Origin: Tubulanus polymorphus
Lineage: Eukaryota; Animalia; Nemertea
Assembly (NCBI RefSeq): GCF_964204645.1
Contig: NC_134028.1
Span: 26,036,345 to 26,100,344 of the forward strand
Length of the DNA: 64,000 bases
Direction: 5' to 3'
Position 1 is the first letter of the stretch; every line of letters begins with the position of its first letter. Both the position numbers and the translations under genes were made by a program. The notes below the pieces were generated by a model. That model had not been told where the DNA came from. It made no database searches and saw only the letters and a list, made by a program, of their open reading frames with translations. Shown one piece after another: positions 61,623-64,000 of this stretch.

Positions 61623-63843
61623 GTATCGTATTAAATCATTTTCACAACTACCAAAAAAAAAGAAAATTCTTTTCCGCGATTCGAGTACTATCCAAAAAAA
61701 TCATCTGTCCCTTTTGATCAATTCGCTTGTCTGCTTTTTTTATTTCACGAATAATTATTATTCTTCACCTTTAGAATTCGTCGAATGATTTTCGATTATT
61801 TTAAACATTTCTGGGCAATATTCTCAAATTTCAGTGCTATCTATCGACGATCGAAAGTTTATTCGCTTTCCGATCTGGGATACGTTTCAATGTATGTACA
61901 AAAATATGATATATCCGTATCATACAGTTTTCATTTAGTCTTTTATTTTCTATTTTCCAAAGAATGCCGTGTGTCATCAGTCCTGATTTAGGGGCAATAG
62001 ATTCAGGTTTATCAATACATTAAACCCTCAGTTCTCTTACAAAACATTTCACGATTTTACTTTCTGAATTTAGCTTATTTATTTCCGATTTTCCGTTTTA
62101 GACTTTGTCTTTGCTTCGATAAATATAACCTGGAATATATTCATATATTTCTAAGTCTATTGCCTCCGAAGTTCTTCTATAGATATGAACCAAAATGTGC
62201 CAGCAATCTATCCGTTTATTAAGCCGTTCTGCTGCAATACACGCACCCAATTAAACAAAAATAAAACCCGATACTGTTTCAAGCTTGAAGCTTAAAATGA
62301 TTATAACTTAAGGCATTTAATCCTAAATAAGGCATAGAAAGCATATCGGTTTATATACCTGCATTTACAGCCGCCTCGTATATGACAAACACTGATTTTG
62401 AAGCTCGATGTAAATGATTTCATGATATCGACATAAGTTATTTTTCTTTGATCCAATGTAATACATAAAATATTATGCTTATATTATGAGTTTCTACAGA
62501 ATCTTGGAGGTGACAACAGAGGAGCTTCGAGGCTGTAATCTATGGGAAATAGACCTCTGGGTCCCGAGAACAACAAAAACAAAACAACTGCACGATGACA
62601 AAGAACAAATGAGTGAAGTAGATTTAAAGTGAAAAGAAGAAAACTGTAGCACGAGACAAAATTATACTAATTTTGCTAAATTATAAAAATTTCACATTCC
62701 GGTTAATTTACTGCATATTCGCGTTCAATGATTTTAACAAACATTTTTTTCATTCGTTTTCTCTTCAAAAGGACTGAAATAGAATTCAAACATCTTTGAA
62801 GTTTTCACTTTCTTGTTCATAAAAGGGCGATGGCATTTTCACGCCTTTCAATATAATCCTTTCAAACACAGTTGCTGGTACATTTTGGTCGTACGTACGA
62901 GTTTCGATGCATTGTGCGATAGTACATATACATATATACAGAATTCACAGTTTACGCCAGTAAAGAGAAATCTTGATTTTATTAATCAATATGTGTTCAA
63001 ATCAAATGGGTTTCTTGTCGGCCGTGTATATAGGCTAAAGTAGAGAAACCCACGTGATGTAGTAGGAATCCTGCTAACTAATTTGCATGCCACCAGGAGA
63101 TCATATGAATAGTATTAACTAATGAGATGAGAATATGAACACGCATCAAGATTTTGATTTTCTTATTCGAATTTACCCGTTGATCTCTTCCTGTTTTTTT
63201 CTTCAAATTCGCAATTTACCGCATTCTCGAACACACGTAAAGGCATCTTCCTTCGGCAGGGATTCGAACCTGATGGTATCGCGAGACTCTGCCACAAAAC
63301 TCAGAAATCCTGCCCGAATAGATCGAGTGCGCATCAGGATCAAACAACCATCAGAAATCAAATTGAATTTCACCCCGGGACATTCTATTTATATTCATCT
63401 ATGAACAACAAATTGCTCTTTTCGGGCAAGATTCCGTACCTAGGCAAGGTTTCGCGTGGTTCGAAACCCGGTCGATTGGTGACGCTTAACGGCTGCACGA
63501 AGCAATCTTAACTTCAACTTTTTGACGAATCCCTGGTTTAATAACCCATAAACAACATCTACACATTCAATATGACATGTTCCACCGGAATCGGAAATAT
63601 TTCCAAAGATACTTTTTTGAAAAATGGTACAATTTCACCTCAATCTGCTTGTGAACACTCTTGAGGGTAACTATGGTGGCGGAACTAGGACTATTTTACG
63701 TGTTTCTCATATTTTTTCATTTCGCCACTATACGGTTAAAGGATACAGTGTTTAAACCTATTGACCCAAATTCCCTTGAATTGTCTCTCTAAAATATAAA
63801 TCTATTCAGAAAACAAAGGGTTTGTTTATTTTCAATATTGCAG

Positions 63844-63861
63844 GACTCGCGATTCGTCACA
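63844..63861 (+). CDS. Candidate 18-nt PKG microexon (R-TRDSS-x)
   Basis: T-rich tract, then TTGCAG|GACTCGCGATTCGTCACA|GTAAGT. Phase 2 in and out, matching the donor at 61622, with no stop codon. Confidence 0.6.
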
Positions 63862-64000
63862 GTAAGTTTTACATGCGCTGAAACACTGTTCTGAACTAAC
63901 AGTTTTAACCGCGTGTTTCATGTTTAACCAGCTAATTCGATAATTCTTTGATTTTTTATTTTCGTTCATCAGTTTTTGACGACGATTTGTGTTGCATTTA

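Noticed and set aside
62500-62509. Possible 10-nt PKG microexon (CTACAG|AATCTTGGAG|GTGACA)
   Set aside because: The donor is weak and the length would shift the frame.

Overview
AT-rich, intron-rich animal genomic DNA, probably lophotrochozoan: from memory the PKG resembles Aplysia PKG, but this was not searched. The window holds three protein-coding genes. (1) The 3' 11 exons of POLR3A/RPC1, the RNA polymerase III largest subunit (+, 1245-6022). (2) A complete DNA polymerase beta gene with two coding exons (-, 7063-8599), convergent with POLR3A. (3) The 5' half of a cGMP-dependent protein kinase gene (+, 31757 to beyond the window end), with introns up to about 10 kb. There are also two identical tRNA-Phe(GAA) genes, mini- and microsatellites, and MITE, SINE and Penelope-like remnants. 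The strongest non-obvious signal is two AT-AC U12-type (minor spliceosome) introns in POLR3A, one inside the trigger-loop coding region and one as the terminal intron. Also notable are an almost intron-free POLB, a weak/strong pair of in-frame starts that could toggle PKG myristoylation, an 18-nt PKG microexon candidate and degenerate hammerhead-ribozyme-like motifs. I found no convincing evidence of a wholly new multi-gene system, and most short ORFs in the track are noise.
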